A DNA stretch of 64,000 nucleotides from Eledone cirrhosa. Its lineage: Eukaryota. Positions 59,790 to 64,000 of this stretch are shown here, piece after piece (position 1 is the first letter of the stretch; each line of letters begins with the position of its first letter). The position numbers and the translations under genes are program-made. The stretch is from positions 1 through 64,000 of the forward strand of contig CAXHJY010000138.1 in assembly GCA_964016885.1 (NCBI GenBank). The letters are read 5' to 3'. Under the pieces are notes generated by a model that did no database searches, had not been told where the DNA came from, and saw only the letters and a list, made by a program, of their open reading frames with translations.

Positions 59790-60077
59790 CAGGTATTTCA
59801 ACCTTTTTCGAAAAGCGGGCCGCATGAGATATTGCTCATCATCAGGTGGGCCGCAAGCGCTACTTTACATTCGTGCCTACATTAATAAGAAGGGCAGTAA
59901 CTCAGGTTGTTTTGATTTGTGTCTTCAGAATTCGTACACGTTGTTTCCTCAATCGTAAAAATTATAAAAAGATAAATTATGACTGAAAAGTTGGAGTAAA
60001 AAAATCAGAAAGATTTCACTTAGGTTACTTAGGCGGCCATTCAGAAAGCTTTGCTGGCTGCAGATGGCTCATGACTG
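59790..60077. mobile_element. hAT-type MITE inserted in a family B SINE
   Basis: Perfect 8-bp TSD ctctaacc (59782-59789, 60078-60085); cag...ctg termini. Confidence 0.8.
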
Positions 60078-60309
60078 CTCTAACCATTAAGCCATAATCC
60101 TTCACACAAGATGTAATCTAATGTTAATTGGACACAGCAGTATTATTTCAACTTACATGTAATTCATTTTATTTAATGTAATTTAATATAAATTGATTAA
60201 TTCAATTTTAATCAAGTATTTCTTTTTATTCTACATGTTTATTTGTTATTTGTTAAATCAAACACTTTAACAGTCTGGTAACTATGTGTTAATCTTTTGT
60301 CATTTTCAG

Positions 60310-60385
60310 GGATTCGTAAATTCGTCAACAAACGAAATATTCCTCAATAAAGTTGACAAACCACTAACTTCAACATACACTAAAG
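60310..60385 (+). CDS. Candidate 76-nt host exon (GFVNSSTNEIFLNKVDKPLTSTYTK)
   Basis: Strong acceptor ttttgtcattttcag| and donor AG|gtaagt; one open frame. Confidence 0.45.
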
Positions 60386-60502
60386 GTAAGTGAGTTTATT
60401 ACAGTTATTGATATATTTGTTTACTTAGATCTCATATTGGATGTGTTATGCAAATACACGTACACGCTCACACCCAGATGCGCACAGACATACATATATA
60501 TA

Positions 60503-60653
60503 TATTTAATTAGAAAGTGTACAACACAAAATATAACTACTCCATTACCAAAGGTTTCTGGTTCACAGACGTATATATTATTATCGTCAGTGATCCAGAA
60601 ACCTTAGGTAATGGAGTAGTTATATTTTGTATTGTTCACTTTCTAATTAAATA
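60503..60653. repeat. Palindrome centred on a hammerhead-like stem II
   Basis: Right arm cgtcagtgatcca-GAAA-accttagg-TA-atggag; the tail atagagcac...ggaattac is shared with the 9065 element. Confidence 0.75.
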
Positions 60654-61531
60654 GCTCTGTTCTATGAATAGAGCACGCTTTTTTCTCTTGCTATTCCTTT
60701 GGAATTACGTAAAACACTCACGCACACACACACACACATATGTATATATGGTGGAAGGTCACTACCACGAACAATTATAAGCTTTTTGAAAAAGTGTGAT
60801 AAATGATTAAGTATTGCATATGATTAAACAATATATATAGTAGTCACTACGTGTGGACAATTATAATAAAACAAACACAAATAAGTTAAAGGCAATAAAA
60901 TCGTACATTCATTTCGCGCCGAAGTCTATGGGGCCATACTTGCTTTTTCTCTCTCTCTCTCTCGTCTGCGACTTCACAGAACTTATGTTTACCGAATTCG
61001 CAGACCAGACCCCTTCTTCTTCCCCCCGTTAGACCTGTGCGAAATTCCTTCCTTGCTCACATTTCAACCAGGTTTGATGGTCTTTTGTCTCTTGTTCACG
61101 ATTTCACCGAGTTTATATTCATAGAAATCTGGGACTTGTCTCTTTCTTCTCACTTTCTGTTGCTTAAACCATTTTGTTTGTTCACCCTAACGTCCCCTTT
61201 ATTTACGTGTCCCAACGACTTTTTTTAGCCGTTGTTCGCACCAACCTGAGGTACATGGCCCTTAAAGCGATGAAATGCCTGGGACGGTTGGAGGGTCACT
61301 GATGAAGGACTTACTTTTTCATATATATATATATATATATATAATATATGCATATATAATATATGTATATATAATATATATATATAATATATGTATATAT
61401 AATATATGTATATATAATATATATATATATATATATAATATATGTATATATATATATAATATATATATAATATATATATATATATAATATATATATATAA
61501 TATATATATATATAATATATATATATAATAT

Positions 61532-61574
<43 letters not shown>

Positions 61575-62161
61575 TATAATATATATATATATTATAAATA
61601 TATATATAATATATATATATAATATAAATATATATATAATATATATATAATATATATATATATATAATATATATATAATATATATATATATGATATATAT
61701 ATATAATATATATATATATAATATATATATATAATATATATATATAATATATATATATATATAATATATATATAATATATATATATAATATATATATATT
61801 ATATATATATAATATATATATATAATATATATATATATAATATATATATATATAATTGTTTCTACTTTAGGCACAAGGCCAGCAATCACCCAGTGCATTA
61901 CTGGTACTTTATTTTATCGACCCCGTAAGGATGAAAGGCAAAGTCAACCTCGGCGGGATTTGAATATATAATATATATATATATAATATATATATATAAT
62001 ATATATATATATAATATATATATATATAATATATATATATAATATATGGGGTCTTATTGTTCCTATATATAATATATATATATATATAATATATATATAT
62101 ATAATATATATATATATAATATATATATATATCTAATATATAATATATATATATATAATAT

Positions 62162-62241
<80 letters not shown>

Positions 62242-62250
62242 TATGTATAT

Positions 62251-62321
<71 letters not shown>

Positions 62322-62329
62322 TATATGAG

Positions 62330-62427
<98 letters not shown>

Positions 62428-62644
62428 TGTTATATTTGGGGAGGGTCATATTTGCGTAATATTGCCAGAATTAATAACAGAACACACTCACTGTTTGGTT
62501 GGTTTTCGCTTCTCGCTGTCTTTTATATATATATATCTGCGATCTAACTTACTCGGTCCTCAATGTTGCCATTGACTGACCGACGGTCAAAAATAATACA
62601 GATACAATATAGACAAACACATATATATATAGTTTACATAATTT

Positions 62645-62686
62645 ACATAAATCTTTCGTTGCACATCTGCAACATCGTCAGTGGTG
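62645..62686 (-). ncRNA. Hammerhead-like motif downstream of the Penelope-like ORF
   Basis: CTGACGA-t gttgca gatg tgcaac-GAAA-gattTA; stem I weak. Confidence 0.6.
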
Positions 62687-62958
62687 TTATATTCATTGTT
62701 CCTCCTGTTGTGTTGTATGTCTACGCCATTTTTTTTTGTTCAGTCTGTCTATATATTTATTTATTTATTTGCTTGTTTGTTTATCTTATTTTATTTTGTC
62801 TTCTTTGCGCATGCGTTTGCGTGTGTGTATAGTGTTATGTGTGATGTGTGACTAGTGTGTATAGTGTTGTGTCTGCTGGGTGACTAGTGTGTGTTTATGT
62901 GCTTGTGTATGTATTTATTTATCTTATTTTATTTATTTTATTTAATTTACTTATTTAT

Positions 62959-63863
62959 TTATACTTCTCTTAGGTCAGTGTTGTTTGTTTGGGTGTTGTT
63001 GTTGTTCCACTCATTCTTTCTGTTTAGCTTTGGTCTTCTAATTTCTATTTCACTGGCCTCTCTGATTTGCCTATCTGCTGGGTCATTCCTATGTTTAGAT
63101 ATTATTCTAATTTCTATGTTGTCTATGTTACCGTCATGTTGTTGTCTAGCATGTTCGTATAGTACTGTCCCGTTTTTTCGTCCTTTTAGTTCCCCCCAGT
63201 GTTGGTCTATCCTTTCACCTATGCTACGAGCTGTCTCACCTATGTATGTTGTTGTCGTGTTTCTGCAAGTACCCTCTGTACATCTAATGCTATAGACTAC
63301 GTTTCTAGTTTTACAGTTTATCCGGGGGTTCACCTTACATATGATACATTTCCTATTGGTACAGTGGGTTTTCTTAAAAGGGTAGGTTTTGCTGATCAGG
63401 GATTTTATGGTGGTTCCTGGCTTTTCTACCACCATTATTTTTAAGTGGGTCTTTCTCAGGGCCTTTCTACACTGGTTAGCTAATTTCCCTCCAGGAGTGG
63501 CGTCCACAAACATGACACTCTGATATCTCTGGTTGTCGTACCATGATGTGGCCTTCCCTATCTTATGTCTAGCCCTATCTAAGCTATTCCATGATTTGCT
63601 CCTGTATAGTGGGCAAATTCCTTTCATGTCCAGTTCTATGAGGGTCTTATACTTTTCCATGGCTCCTTCGTATACTCCGACTCTGTCTCTTTGGTTGTAG
63701 CCAGAGAACTGCATGCGGTTGATGAAGTGTTGGATGTGTCTTTCCATTTCTGTTGGGTCGCACATGCTGGACACATTCTTCATCACTCGTACCAAATCTG
63801 CGATCAGAATATTAAACTTAGCACTACTGGACATTGCTGAGTTTTTGAGTATCAGGTATTTGG
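62959..63863 (-). CDS. Penelope-like element polyprotein 3' fragment: RT thumb/linker plus GIY-YIG endonuclease
   Basis: MQFSGY; C-x4-C-x2-C linker (CTNRKCIIC); NVVYSIRC...YIGETARSIGERIDQH...LYEH...RQIREA...PKLN; truncated at a (TA)n tract. Confidence 0.9.
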
Positions 63864-63902
63864 ATATATATATATATTATGTATATATATATAATATATA
63901 TA

Positions 63903-63945
<43 letters not shown>

Positions 63946-63968
63946 ATATATATATAAATATAATATAT

Positions 63969-64000
<32 letters not shown>

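Overview
Eukaryotic, AT-rich, non-coding DNA (intronic or intergenic). It is dominated by microsatellites and transposon debris, and the SINE families resemble those of octopus/cephalopods (inference). Most ORFs in the supplied track are microsatellite artefacts. Real coding content: (i) a head-to-tail stack of three Tx1/L1-clade LINEs, each bounded by (GATA)n, one essentially full length; (ii) a 3' fragment of a Penelope-like element (RT C-terminus plus GIY-YIG); (iii) fragments of CR1-like, RTE, R4/Dong-like and CRE LINEs and a decayed hAT transposase; (iv) a few weak host-exon candidates. The main hidden signal is about 25 type-I hammerhead ribozyme motifs (CTGANGA-stemII-GAAA-stemIII-TH, closed by stem I) from more than a dozen distinct short non-coding element families. 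They lie in or beside (TA)n tracts, often as fold-back palindromes or partial tandem repeats. This points to a diverse set of non-autonomous Penelope-dependent or retrozyme-like elements next to a candidate autonomous partner. All structures were read by eye and coordinates are approximate.
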